DNA from: Gekko japonicus
Taxonomy: Eukaryota
Reading direction: 5' to 3'
Length of the DNA stretch: 64,000 nt
Assembly: GCF_001447785.1 (NCBI RefSeq)
Contig: NW_015165855.1
Location: 554,338 to 618,337, forward strand
The stretch's first letter is position 1. Every line of letters starts with the position of its first letter. Positions 1-12,597 of this stretch are shown piece by piece. Below the pieces are notes generated by a model. That model saw nothing but the letters and a program-made list of their open reading frames with translations. It did not search any database and was not told the origin of the DNA. Position numbers and translations under genes: made by a program.

Positions 1-480
1 CAGTGTCATCATTAAGTGGAGAACACCCAAAGAGCATCAAGTTAAGTCAAGCACTTTCCCCTTCTGTAAATAAATAAATAAAAAAAAATAGATTAACACA
101 GATCTTCTTGATTTTTACTACCCAGTCCTATATATTTGAGGCTAAATTCTGCTTCCAGTGTCTAGGAAAAGCAGCCCTCACCACCAGAATTAAATAGAGG
201 GAAATTACCTGGATCCGCCTTGGAAATCCTGCCACATGCTTCAATAAACTTATTTCTGGCCTAGAGGGATCTCAAATTCATATCCTACCTCCAGTTTTTC
301 CACGGATCTTAGTCCAAAACTCAATAGGGTGAGAAGATTGCTGCCAAACGTGGATAAGATTGACCATCAGAAATTTACAAAAGCAACAATGGGCAGTGCA
401 ACGTCTATACATCATAGCTAATTTCTGGCATCAAATAAAACTGATGAACTACTTTAAAGCAGGTTTTCTTAAAGCTCCGA
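1..480 (-). mobile_element. Degenerate L1-clade LINE ORF2 3' fragment (duplicated with the cassette)
   Basis: Paralogous to 22662-23150, which retains L1-like translation. Confidence 0.5.
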
Positions 481-1227
481 AGAGACCATAAAAGTGGATC
501 AATGAGTTAAAACAAAGCTCCATGTCTCATCGGGTATCACAGAACCGGTATCATCCATTTAGCTAAAAATGTATAAAAAATTAGTTGCTGAAGAATAACT
601 GAACAGGACAGTATATGTTTTTGACAAAACATGTGTTGCTTTAGATTGACATGACATTTCAAAACCTGACAGCCTCTGAAGACATGAACTTTTCAGTACT
701 TTGCTGGCAAAAGCTTTTCAGTGTATTTATTTATCACATTTATAACCTGTCCTCCCCGCAATACAGTTAAAACCAAATAAAACCATATAAAACAATTCCA
801 TTATTGATAAAGTTTTATAAAGTGCTGAAGATAGTTACTCAAGATGGCTTATTTCAGTGTCGTCTCTAAAAACCCTTCTGCATATATTCAGAGTTACATT
901 CATATATCAAACATCTCTCAAAAGGTGAGATCATTGCTTCTGAACTACTTTATACAAAACATTTCTATTGGCCCAAATTAAACTGAAATAAAGGTACTGT
1001 CTTCTTTTGTCACTAAAACACAGGGCCAGGTTTACGTAAGGGCGTGAATGCTAAATAGCACGCTACTACTGCTTGAAATGCTGCAAATATGATAAAGCCC
1101 TTTTCAATCAACCCCCCAATATTCACTGGTTTCCCGTTTGATAGCAACAAAAGTCAAACAAATAAAGCAGTTGCATCAGCCCCATAAATAAAATAATGTG
1201 TTGTGAAAGGAAAATAATAATTTATAC

Positions 1228-3648
1228 CTTGTCCGTGCTCTCCATCTCAGAATTTAAACTTTTTTCTCCATTATTAAGGATAGGCACACCAGATGTGTTG
1301 TTGCACAGAATATTGTCTGCAATCTGAATATTGGGAGTCAGGAAAGTGAACTCATTCTTCCTGGATTCTGATGACAGGCACAGCTGGTAGGAATAAGGCA
1401 AAGTCCCATCTTCAAAGTTTGGTGGGAAGATGGCTCCAGCCTTTGAATGGGGAACAGGAGCAAAGCACTGCAGGAATTTGGGATTCCCTGATCTTCGAAG
1501 CTTCATCAGAATGGCCAGGATCACTGTCAAGAGGAACAAGAATGACATCACAGCCAAGGCCAGCACCAGGTAGAACTGCAGGTCGGACTGATAGTCAGGG
1601 CTGCTAGATTGATTTTTCATTTCTGGAAGGGCCTCCTGAAAGTTCTCGGCAAACACCAAGTTTAATGTCACGGTGGCTGAGAGAGACGGCTGGCCATTAT
1701 CCTTCACCAAGATGACCAGTTTCTGTTTCGCAGCATCTTTCTCCACAAAGGCCCTTGCGGTCCTGATTTCACCAGTGTGAGAACCAACAGTGAAGAATCC
1801 TGGCTCAGTGGCTTGAATGACATGGTAGGAAAGCCAGGCGTTGTGTCCAGAATCAGCATCCACGGCCACCACCTTTGTGACCAGATATCCTGCCTCAGCA
1901 GAACGAGGTACCATCTCAAACAAGGCTGAGCCCTTGGCTTCTTGTGAAGGGGACAGGATCCGTGGACTGTTGTCATTCCGATCCGTGATGAACACCCTCA
2001 CTGTGACATTGCTGCTGAGAGGGGGAGAACCACTGTCTAGGGCCCTCACTTGAAGCTGGAACTCTCTGAACTGTTCATAGTCAAAGGACCTCTGGGCATA
2101 AACAGCTCCAGTCTCAGAGTTAATGGAGATGTATGAAGAGATGGGGAGCTCCTTGATGTTGCTGTGGAGGATGGAATATGTGATTCGTGAGTTTTGGTCC
2201 ATGTCTGGGTCCAAGGCTTTGACAGTGAAAATGGAGGCACCAGAGGGGTTGTTTTCTGGCACATAGATGGCATAGGAAGACTTCTCAAAAGAAGGGGCAT
2301 TGTCATTGATATCTGAAATAAGTAATGAGATGGTTTTATGTGCGGAGAGTGCAGGTGTCCCTTGGTCAGTGGCTGTGATTGTAATATTGTATTCAGAATG
2401 TTTTTCTCGGTCTAAAGGACTGTCTGTCTGCAGCTTATAGTAATTATTAGAAGAGGGAATAATCTTGAATGGTAAATGCTTTTCTAGGTTGCATGTAACT
2501 TTCCCATTGTCCCCTGTATCTTTGTCTTTTACATTGATCAAGGCAATTAATGTTCCAGGCAGGGAATCTTCAGGGACTGGACTAAACAGTGAAACAATGT
2601 TCACCTCTGGGGAGTTGTCATTCTCATCAAGAACTGTTATTTCGATGTTGCAGTGGGTCACTAATCCTCCTCCATCTTTTGCTGCAACTCGAATACTATA
2701 TTCTTTGGTTTCTTCGAAGTCCAATTGCCCTTCTAGTGTTATAGTTCCATTCCTGGGATCCAAGCTGAATTTCTGTTGGTCACTTAGTGGTATGTTCCTG
2801 AATTGGTACGTGATCTGGGCGTTTGGACCTTCATCATCATCAGAGGCCACAATCTGGAGTACAAACGAACCAACAGGTACATTTTCCTTCAAACTGACCT
2901 TATAAAGTTCTTGTGTGAAAATGGGGAAATTATCATTAGCATCAGTCACATCAATCCATATTTGAGCAGTACCAGTCCTTCTTGGTTCTCCACCGTCTAG
3001 CGCTACAAGAGTCAATTGGAAGGAGTGTTCCCTTTCACGATCCAACATTTTCTGCAGTACTAACTCTGCAAATTTCCCCCCATCCTTACTCTCTTTAACT
3101 TCCACAGTGAAATACTGGTTGGGGTTGATCTGGTAATTCTGAAGGGAGTTCATACCAATATCAGGATCATCAGCTTTCTCAAGAGGAAACCTTGTGCCTG
3201 GTAAACTGGATTCAATTATTTCCAACCTGATGTTTCCATTTTCAAAATATGGTGCATTATCATTGACATCCTGAATCACTACAGTGATATGAAAAGTGTT
3301 CAGAGGGTTTTCAACCACTGTCTCAAAATTAACAAGACAAGGTATAGTTGTGTCACAAATCCCTTCCCTGTCTATTCTGTCATTCACATAGAGTTTTCCA
3401 TTCTCTGCACTGATTGTGAAATATTGCATATCATCCACAGAGACAGCATGTAGGTTACGCTGTGCTAGTTCTCTGGCATTCAGACCCAAGTCCTTGGCAA
3501 GGCTACCCACAATAGAACCCTTTGGCATCTCTTCGGGTATGGAATACTGAATCTGCTCTGAGGCAGCCCAGCTGCAGAAAGACAATAATGAGAGAAGCAG
3601 TACTTGCCTTCCCAGAGCCCGGCCATTCCCTTTGTGCTTTCTGTCCAT
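1228..3648 (-). CDS. PCDHGB: Protocadherin gamma-B-like variable exon V1 (subtype A), intact
   Basis: ORF has a signal peptide, six cadherin repeats (PE, LDRE, DXNDN motifs), [19 protein letters not shown] and the gamma-B-type [10 protein letters not shown] motif. First ATG is at 3648 (the ORF track starts at a TTG). Donor AAG|GTATAA at 1228/1227; the unspliced ORF stops at 1222. Symbol is subfamily-level only. Confidence 0.93.
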
Positions 3649-3900
3649 CTGGATCCCAGACAAATTAGCTGTCTCTTTTCCCTCCGGTCAGATCAGATCC
3701 TCTTCAAGATGCAGGGAATCTTAGGAAGAATAATCTGTCTTTCTTCTTAATTTGTACAAGCCACAAGACTTTTTGGGGTTTTTTGGCTCAGGAATGCTGT
3801 TCTGCTTCTGTGTTGTACTCCCCCGGTCTGCACAGCACCGATGAAGCTATAGGAACTCTAGTAAGTATCTGTGGCTTTCGAGCCTCCATCTAGCGATGAT

Positions 3901-3944
3901 ATTGGTCAACAGTGACACTCTGAGGCTCACAAGGAGAACTGCAA
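3901..3944 (-). promoter_or_regulatory. CSE / CTCF site of V1 promoter (CACT variant) followed by CCAAT
   Basis: Minus strand TTGCAGTTCTCCTTGTGAGCCTCAGAGTGTCACTGTTGACCAAT, about 260 bp upstream of the ATG. It has the TGCAG upstream module plus core, and the same element recurs before every exon whose upstream region is in the window. Confidence 0.85.
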
Positions 3945-5450
3945 TGGATGCTTGTTCATTTGGTTTAAGGACTCTGAAGGACTATGTTTAGGAAAGAATC
4001 TCCCCTTTCCACTCTTCTGAGTGGAAAACTGGGAATATTTTCCTTTTAAAAAACATTTACTTTTTCTTTATCCAGTCCAGTTTTTAAAGCTAATATTGCC
4101 ACTCCAATAATGGAGACTCTTGCTACCTAAATAATCATCTCGGACTCCAAACTGTAGAAATCTCTGCATTGTTAACCAGGCATTTTCTCTGGCCAGAATA
4201 TGGGATATTGCTATTCATATCTCTGATAGCCATTTTAGTTCCAGAATGGTTCACTGTATCGCTACATACTCTCAAAAGTAAGCCAGTTGTTACTCAGCTG
4301 CACATCTCCTATCTGTACTCTGTGTGGTGCATTAGTAGCCCCTTTAAGATACCAGAGTAAATTTAGGAGTCCCACTATGGGAAAAAATATGGTCCCCATT
4401 TTGGAAGCTTGTATACATTTAGGCTACCATCCTAAGAGCACTTTTCAAAGAGTAGGTCCAACTGAATAGAGTATGATTCTGAGTAGACCTGCTTAGAACT
4501 GTACTGTTAGCACCTGATAATCAACTGTGTTAGCCAGAAGAACAGGTCTGCCATCAAAAATAGCAACCCATCCCAAATTCTTCCCACATCTGTAACTGAT
4601 AATGGAATTCAAAGATACCACACTTTCTATTTTTCCACATAACCGACTGTCATTGGAGTGGGAAAATGCACTTTTTTCAGAATTAGTAATCATTTCCTTG
4701 TTACCTGATCAAAATTTTAAATCCAAGGGCACTATCATTCCTTATGTCAACAATGGGATGGGTGCAGTTTAGATGGATGTTCTACATTACTTTTACATTT
4801 CTCTTAAATTCTCAATTCAGATCATCCAGAATTCACTAGGTTGCCTTAGGCAAGCCATTACCTTGAAAGACAGACCTTCATCTGCAGTACAGGAAACATC
4901 CACAGCGGGGCCACTTATATGGCTCAGTAAAAAGTAGGGATCCTATTGACTTTCACTGCCTTGCTATTCTGGCTCAAAAATCTCAGCTTTGTTTTCAGTT
5001 TGTCTTGTGTGAATCAAAGCTCCTGGGTAGAACTCCCAGGTCTCTGCTATGGTGAGAGACCTCCTGGTGGCAGCCTTTAACCACCACTGCCACTTGGTAG
5101 GGTGGCATGGGGATAAATAAGCTGAAAATCACTGTTGGCACAACAGTCTAGGAGTCACCAGAAACTCTATGGTAGAGTTACAGGTTTACCCCAGAAATTA
5201 CATCATGCTGTCAACACAATGATGCCCCCCACCCCCACACTCCAGTCTCCCACTAGCTGGCAAGCCCACCCCTGGGATTTTGTTTTTGTGTCACCATATC
5301 TTTCCTCATAGCACTTTCCCCCATTATATTCACACCATTTTTAATGTCATGCTTGCATCAGTTGGATGCAAATAGCATATCAATTTAATAAAAGTTCAAA
5401 CCCCCACATACAGTTTGAGAACACCAGTGTTAAAAATGGACAAGATCAAG

Positions 5451-5658
5451 TAGGGTTGCCAACCCCTAGAGATCTCCCACTATTACAAGTGATCTCCAGA
5501 TGACCAAGATCAGTTCCTCTGGAGAAAATATCTGCTTTGGAGGGTGGTCTCTATGGCATTGTACCCTGCTGAGGTCTCTCCCCTCCCCAAACCCCACCCT
5601 CCCCAGGCTGTACTTCCTAAATCTTCAGGTATTTCCCAACCTAGAGCTGACAACCCTA
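5451..5658. mobile_element. Non-autonomous DNA transposon with TAGGGTTGCCA...TG(G/A)CAACCCTA ends (hAT-like MITE)
   Basis: Terminal inverted repeats; absent from the paralogous sites at about 27350 and 44540. Other copies at 18447-18654 and, inverted and diverged, at about 61120-61339. Confidence 0.7.
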
Positions 5659-6032
5659 GCAAGATGAAAGCTCATAAAGACAGTATAGAAAAAAGGGCAT
5701 ACCCTAAAATATTAATATATAAATATTAATATATAAAAATCTACTGTTTTGATTTACTGGATTGGTTTTACTGAGATTATTATTATCATTACTAGTAGTA
5801 ATTGTATTATTCAAGAAGGATATAAAACAAGAGAACCATGACCTACCTTGGGCATACGCTCTGATTAAAAAGCATTACTCTGAGGCAGTGTTCCCTCTAA
5901 GCTGTGCGTGTGAGTGGCTGCTCATTAACACAGGAAGCCCCGCTCAGCAGCAACCTGGAGCCACACAGGATCTTCCACTGCCCATTGCCCAATCAATACA
6001 AACTATACAAACAACCATGAAAAAATTACTAA

Positions 6033-6508
6033 GGCTGCGGTCACACGGAGCATTAGCCACGCTACAGAGACGGAAGATAGGCGGATTTTCCGGGTGCGAT
6101 CACAGTGCCACATCTGGGAAGCGTAGCGCTCCCGTGGCCCACCCGAGGATTCCCGCCAAAGATGTGGGGTAAAAAAAACTAGTACCTCCGAGGCAAGGGC
6201 GGGCGTCTGATCACGTTTCCGGTGGCATCTGGCGCCCGCCCATGTCCCGTCGCGAAAAGGTGGTTTTTTTCCAAATCTCCACGGGATGCGCACAAGCACC
6301 CAACGGAGCATGCGAACACTTGGGTTTTTAAAAAACCGAACCCGCCGATCCGCTTCTTTGCCGCACTGCAGGAGTGACGTATGATCGACACCTCCCCCCA
6401 ACCACGGGATGTCGGCGGGACGTTTGATCCCGCTGCCACACGGTAGTTCACTCCAAGGCAAACAGCCACACCTCCCCCCCGCAATATCTGGCCCGTGTGA
6501 CTGGGGCC
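6033..6508. mobile_element. PIF/Harbinger-like MITE
   Basis: TIRs GGCTGCGGTCACACG / CGTGTGACTGGGGCC; 3-bp flanks TAA/CAA; CpG-rich; related to the copies at 25596, 57461 and 58018. Confidence 0.8.
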
Positions 6509-7022
6509 CAAGATTATTTTATGAAAATGTTAATGTATTTACTATAAAGATTTTTAAAATTAATAAATTTTCACAATATATATAATTCTTCCATGATGAA
6601 CAAAGTGCTTAGGTTAAATAACTGTCCATATAGTCACTCTGAACTTCTAATGGTCAGCTTCTTCAACCATTCAAAGTTCTATGTGGCAATCCCTCCTCTC
6701 AGCAGTCAAAGCCACATAATTTCTCCACTTCCATTAATAGCATATCTGTGGCTTCCCATCATTTGAGACCTACAGCAGTTATAGTCTGTTCAGGATGTGA
6801 ACTGCTTCACTCAGTAGGGGGGAACATTGCTCAGAGATATTCAAACCTTAAGTATCCCTCAGGAAAGAGCCAAATATAGTCAGGATCAATTAGAAGCTAT
6901 GAAATCAAAACATATGAGCTGTCTGTAGGAAGAACTCATTTACTTATGACTATATAAGTGGCCATTTACAATCACAGTGATTGTCTACAGTGAAAAAGAG
7001 GTACTACTCAAAATAAACTCAC

Positions 7023-9476
7023 CATATCAGATTTATCCATCTCACAATTAAGGATATTTCCCTCACTGGCTGTCAAAAGTGCCTCAGACTTATTCTTAGA
7101 AGAAATGTTCTCTGCAGTTAGAACAGTGCTTGTTGGAAAGGCATATTCCTGTATCCGGGATTCAGATGATAAGCAAAGTTGATAAGAATAAGGCAGTGTC
7201 CCCTCTTCATAGTTGGGTGGAAATATAATACCGTTGTTTGAGTGGGGGACGGGACCAAAGCACTGTAGGAATTTGGGATTGCCTGATCGTCGAAGCTTCA
7301 TCAGAATGGCCAGAATCACCGTCAAGAGGAACAAGAAGGAGATCAAAGCCAAGGCCAACACCAGATAGAACTGCAGATCAGACTGATAGTCAGGACTGAT
7401 GGATTGGGTCTTCATTTCTGGAAGGGCCTCCTGAAAGTTCTCTGCAAACACCATGTTCAGAGTCACTGTAGCAGATAACGATGGGTGTCCATTATCCTTC
7501 ACTAAAATAACCACCTTCTGCTTCACAGCATCCCTTTCCAAAAAAGTTCGGGAGGTCCTGATCTCACCAGTATGGTGTCCAACTGTGAAGAGCCCCGGCT
7601 CAGTGGCCTGAAGCAGGTGGTAGGAGAGCCAGGCATTGTGTCCAGAGTCAGCATCCACCGCTACCACCTTGGTCACCAGATAATCTGCATCAGCTGAACG
7701 AGGGATCATCTCGAACAAACCTGAACCTTCCACTCCTTTGGAAGGGTAGAGGATCTGAGGGCTGTTGTCATTCTGGTCCACAATAAACACTTTCACAGTG
7801 ACATTGCTGCTCAGAGGAGGAGAGCCTCCATCTTGGGCCTTCACTTGAAGTTGGAACTCCCTGAATTGTTCGTAGTCAAAGGAGCGCTGTGCATAAACAA
7901 TCCCAGTCTCAGAGTTAATGGAGACATAAGAGGAGAGAGGCAGGTCCTCAATGTTGCTCTTTTGGATGGAGTAAAGGATTCGTGCATTGCGATCCAGATC
8001 TGGGTCTGAGGCTTTGACCCTGAAAATGGAGGCTCCAGAGGGGTTGTTTTCTGGCACGTAGGCAGTATAGGAAGGCTTCTCAAAGGCTGGAGGATTATCA
8101 TTGATATCGGAGATCTGCACTGAAATGGTCTTGAGTGTAGAAAGAGGAGGATTGCCTTGGTCTGTGGCTGTGATTGTGATATTATATTGAGGAATAATTT
8201 CTCTGTCCAGAGAACCATCTGTAAGCACCTTATAGTAGTTATTGGATGTTGAGACAATTTGGAATGGCAAATTGCTTAGTACCTGACAAACTATGTTTCC
8301 ATTTTCTCCTGAATCTCTGTCTTTTACATGGATAAGAGCTACCAGAGTCCCGGATGCAGAATCTTCAGGTATTGGGCTGGATGATGAGACAAGAATGATT
8401 TCCGGGGCATTGTCATTCTCGTCTGCTATCTTTATCTCAACATTGCAGTGAGCCACTAACCCACCCCCATCCTTGGCTTCAACTGTCATGATGTATTTAT
8501 CTTTCCCCTCAAAATCTGGGGTTTCCCTAACTTTAATAGTTCCATTATGTGAATCCAACAAAAACATTTTGCGAGTGTTTTCAGCAATATTGCTAAAACT
8601 GTAGCTGATCTGGCCATAGGAGCCTTCGTCTCTGTCAGTGGCTTCCACATGCACCACTGAGGATCCTTTGGGGGCATTTTCCTTCAGGCTGACCTTGTAC
8701 AATTCTTGTGCAAAAACAGGGAGGTTGTCATTGGCATCAATGACATTAACCCATATTTTGGCTGTGCCAGTTTTGGCAGGCTTTCCTCCATCTACAGCCA
8801 TAACGGTTATATGGAAACTGCTTTCCCTTTCCCGATCCAACTGTTTCCTGAGTACCAATTCTGCATATTTATTTCCATCCTCACTCACGCTGGTTTCCAG
8901 TGTGAAATATTGATTGGGTGAGAGTTGGTAGTTCTGGAGAGAATTCATTCCAACATCTGGATCTTCAGCATGCCCAAGAACAAATCGGGCTCCTGGCAGA
9001 GTTGATTCACTTGGTTCTAGCCTGATATCCTCATTTAAGAAACGTGGTGTGTTATCATTAATATCCTGGATTGCTACAGTTACATGGAAAATATTCATGG
9101 GGTTTTCAGCCATGACTTCAAAGTTTATAAGGCAGAATAGAGTTTCCCCACAAGTTCCCTCTCTATCTATCCTATCATTTACATACAGTTTTCCATTTTC
9201 TGCACTGACAGTGAAATACTGCTTTTTATCTAGAGAAAAGACATGCAGATTGCGATTTGCTATTTCTCCAGGACTAAGTCCTAGATCTTTGGCTAGATTC
9301 CCTACAATGGACCCTTTCTCCATTTCCTCAGGGACTGAATACTGAATCTGCTCTGAGGCGGTTTTGCAGAACAAAGACAATAATAAGAGGAACAATAACC
9401 TTACTGATCCACTCTTCTCTTGGTGTCTGCAGTTCATCCTTCTGGCTGAGGAGCTTGCTTTTTCTTCTACTTGCAT
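7023..9476 (-). CDS. PCDHGB: Protocadherin gamma-B-like variable exon V2 (subtype B), intact
   Basis: Full EC1-EC6/TM/VCD ORF. ATG at 9476 (alternative 9437). Donor ATG|GTGAGT at 7023/7022; read-through stop at 7008. Confidence 0.93.
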
Positions 9477-9710
9477 ATCTTGGTCAGCTGAGATCTTTTC
9501 AAATTCCCATCACAACACAAGATCCACAGTAAAGAAGCATAACAATGTCACTGGAGTCTGCTGAATTTATATATGTTGTAATGGTTTCCTTTCCCCAAGG
9601 CTTCCCGTCTCCGTTGTCTGCTGTTTTCCTGATCTGCATTCCGAGAATGAGCAGCCACACTGCTGGAAGCAGAGCTCAGTGGATTCCCAGATCCTACATG
9701 AGAGCTACCT

Positions 9711-9752
9711 TGGCCAACAGTGACACTCTGCGTCTCAGGCAGGGAACTGCAA
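9711..9752 (-). promoter_or_regulatory. CSE / CTCF site of V2 promoter (CACT variant)
   Basis: Minus strand TTGCAGTTCCCTGCCTGAGACGCAGAGTGTCACTGTTGGCCA. Confidence 0.85.
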
Positions 9753-10174
9753 GAATTGCTTTTGTCTCTTCCTCAAGCTTATATGTAGAGAAGAACAATC
9801 TGTTTTCAGGTGGGGAAGAAGAAAAGTTTTCTGGCTTTGTGGATAGTATATATCTGCATTTTGTATGTGTTTATTTTGCTACAACAGTAGGAACACCATT
9901 CCAAACAATCTCACGCAAACAGCATAAACAACATGAAACAATATTTGGGGAAAGTGGTACTGCCACTTGTAAACTCAGTTTTCTGTGATTATCATGGAAT
10001 ATTTTGAGACATGTTACTATTAATAAGAAATAAATACTTAAATATATAAGGATATCAGCTCTGCTTTTGTCCTCTCAGATTCCATATACTATTTTGCTGT
10101 ATTTATTCATTATATCATAAACCACAACAAAACATATACAAAGAATGAACACCATATTGCAGTTACAAAGGTTA

Positions 10175-10610
10175 CAGTGTCATTAAGTAAAGAACACCAA
10201 AGAGCATCAAGTTAAGTCAAGCACTTTCCTCTTCTGTAAATAAATAAAACTCTAATTAACACAGATCTTTTTGATTTATACCATCCAGTTCTATATATTT
10301 GAGGCTAAATTCAGCTTCCATTGTCTAGGAAAATTACCTGGATCCACCTTAGAAATCCTGCCACATGCTTCAACAAAATTATTTCTGGCCTAGAGGGATC
10401 TCAAATTCATATCCTACCTCCAGTTTTTCCACGGATCTTAGTCCAAAACTCAATAGGGTGAGAAGATTGCTGCCAAACGTGGATAAGATTGACCATCAGA
10501 AATTTACAAAAGCAACAATGGGCAGTGCAACGTCTATACATCATAGCTAATTTCTGGCATCAAATAAAACTGATGAACTACTTTAAAGCAGGTTTTCTTA
10601 AAGCTCCGAA
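10175..10610 (-). mobile_element. Degenerate L1-clade LINE ORF2 3' fragment
   Basis: Paralogous to 22662-23150. Confidence 0.5.
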
Positions 10611-11663
10611 GAGACCATAAAAGTGGATCAATGAGTTAAAACAAAGCTTCATGTCTCATCAGGTATCACAGAACTGGTATCATCCATTTAGTTTAAAATG
10701 TACAATTAGTTGCTGAAGAATAACTGAATAGTATAGTATATATATTTTGACAAAACATGTGTTACTTTAGATTGGCATGACATTTCAAAAACTGATCTGA
10801 CCTGAACTTCTCAGTACTTTATACAAAACATTTCTATTGGCCCAAATTAAACTGAAATAAAGGTACTGTCTTCTTTTGTCACTAAAACACAGGGCCAGGT
10901 TTACGTAAGGGCGTGAATGCTAAATAGCACGCTACTACTGCTTGAAATGCTGCAAATATGATAAAGCCCTTTTCAAAACCTGCTGTAATACCACTATGAC
11001 ATACTACGGGTACTACTGGTGTTACTAATAGATACTCTGTAGATGAATAAGAATGGCAATGGAGGTATACTTCAAACAGATGGGCCTCTCCATTTAAATG
11101 AGTGCAGGTAGAAGGGCTGAGAAGGACTTTGGGTCTTTTTTGGTATGACAGCTCCCTACATACACACAGGACGCAAGGAAGAATATCACATACATGCAAT
11201 TGGAAGGCATCCAAAGCATCCTTAATAAGTTTTGGAATGCCTTAGTTTTTGCTGCCGAATAGTAAACAACTGAGACCAAAACAACTAAAGAAAAGGCTAG
11301 TACATGTCCTATGTTCATTAACTGGGAGACTTTTGAATGAGACATTTTAAAAAATAATTTGTATTTTCCTCATAGGGCTAACTGAGCAAATATAAATGAA
11401 AATCTAATGCCTCATTCCAACTTACCTGAAAGGGCTAGAAAAACATGCATATAAATCAAGGACACTATCCTGATCTTCTGTTTAGAACTGAACACTGAAA
11501 GTGCATACTTATGCCACTCTTCCACATGGAAGAAAGTTCCCAGGATTGATCCAGTCTCCTTTATCCTGTACTTCAGGCTGAGGTCTAAAAAGTTGAGCAG
11601 ATGGAACAAGAAGAGGACAGTGGAACTGGCGCACATGGTTTGGGGGCAGGACCTGGTAACAAG

Positions 11664-11720
11664 TTTTATTGTTCAGTCACACAGTCGAGTCCAACTCTTC
11701 GCGACCCCATGGACCAGATC
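11664..11720 (-). mobile_element. Very short BovB (RTE) 3' tail insertion
   Basis: Reverse complement matches the BovB end gatctggtccatggggtcgcgaagagt..gactcgactgtgtgactgaacaa seen at 38108-38160. The paralogous site at about 38330 is empty. Confidence 0.75.
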
Positions 11721-12597
11721 AAGACCCAGGAGCTATTTATCCTCTATCTCTGCGGCCCCATAGACTTCAACATATAAAAGTCCCCCCCCCACCATTCTTC
11801 AGCCCCTCTAAATGGAAAACTGAATTCATTTGTTTAAAAGTATGCAATCAGAGAATAACAGTGCTCAGCTTCCACACATAGCCAGAATGGTGAATATCAC
11901 AGCCCTGCCAGTATTGATACTTCATAGTGCTTAATTTCCAGGCTCTTCTTAGATGATCTAAATTCATTGTTCTAAGTTCTAAGGTCATTGATCTAAATGT
12001 CTAGCAGAATAATCCATACCCCAACTGTAACATGTTTAATTGAATTTGCTCATGTTTGTCCCTTATCTCTGTGTTATGTTCTCCACTGTTGATTTCAGAA
12101 TGGAAGCTGTTTGAGGGCGAGGACTTGCCTATTCTTGCTTAGGAAGATCTATAGAAATCATGTACACTGATACTGCTACAATAAATAACAAAAATAGTAA
12201 AACTATCATGCGGCTAACATTCTGCCAAAAGTAGATTTGCAGTGTACCATCCCTGCTGATGACATGTGTTAATGCAATCGATCCTTCAGATCAGAAAGCC
12301 CTGGATAAAGAAAAGGAAAAAATAAAGAGCCCACTGGAAGAGGCTGTGAATGAAAAGGAAGGTGGAGAACAAACTGGCAAATGGGTATTGTACACTGCAA
12401 GGAAGAAGCAAGAAAAGAAGTCCTCCGTAAGATCATTAGTGTAATAAGCAAAGGAGGATCTCATGGCCTTCCTCTGAAAATGTGAGCTCTAGATGCACCT
12501 GGCACATAAAAGCCTTACCACAGAATGCAGAATGTGTGTGGCCACTGCAAGACACCTCATCAATCCAGCAAACCTGTGCCAGAGTGATAGTAATGCA

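Larger units (their letters stand above)
1..10174. repeat. Tandem segmental duplication unit 1 (spacer X - V1 - spacer Y - V2 - promoter)
   Basis: Colinear with 10175-22660, using the anchor cagtgtcat..attaa at 1, 10175 and 22661. Confidence 0.8.

Noticed and set aside
2465-2905. Recurrent plus-strand ORFs opposite the cadherin exons (for example 2465-2905, 14758-15198, 41055-41495, 63482-63919)
   Set aside because: Antisense shadows of coding sequence. They recur only because the exons are paralogous, many use non-ATG starts, and none shows a recognisable domain.
3883-3896. Second CTCF-like match TCGCTAGATGGAGG next to the V1 CSE
   Set aside because: Lacks core C12 and is not conserved in V3 or V6, which read CTAAATGG.
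7841-8257. Alternative-frame minus-strand ORFs inside B-type exons (138 aa in V2, V4, V5)
   Set aside because: Off-frame by-products of homogenised EC4-EC5. Relevant only as the source of the V7 frameshift tail.
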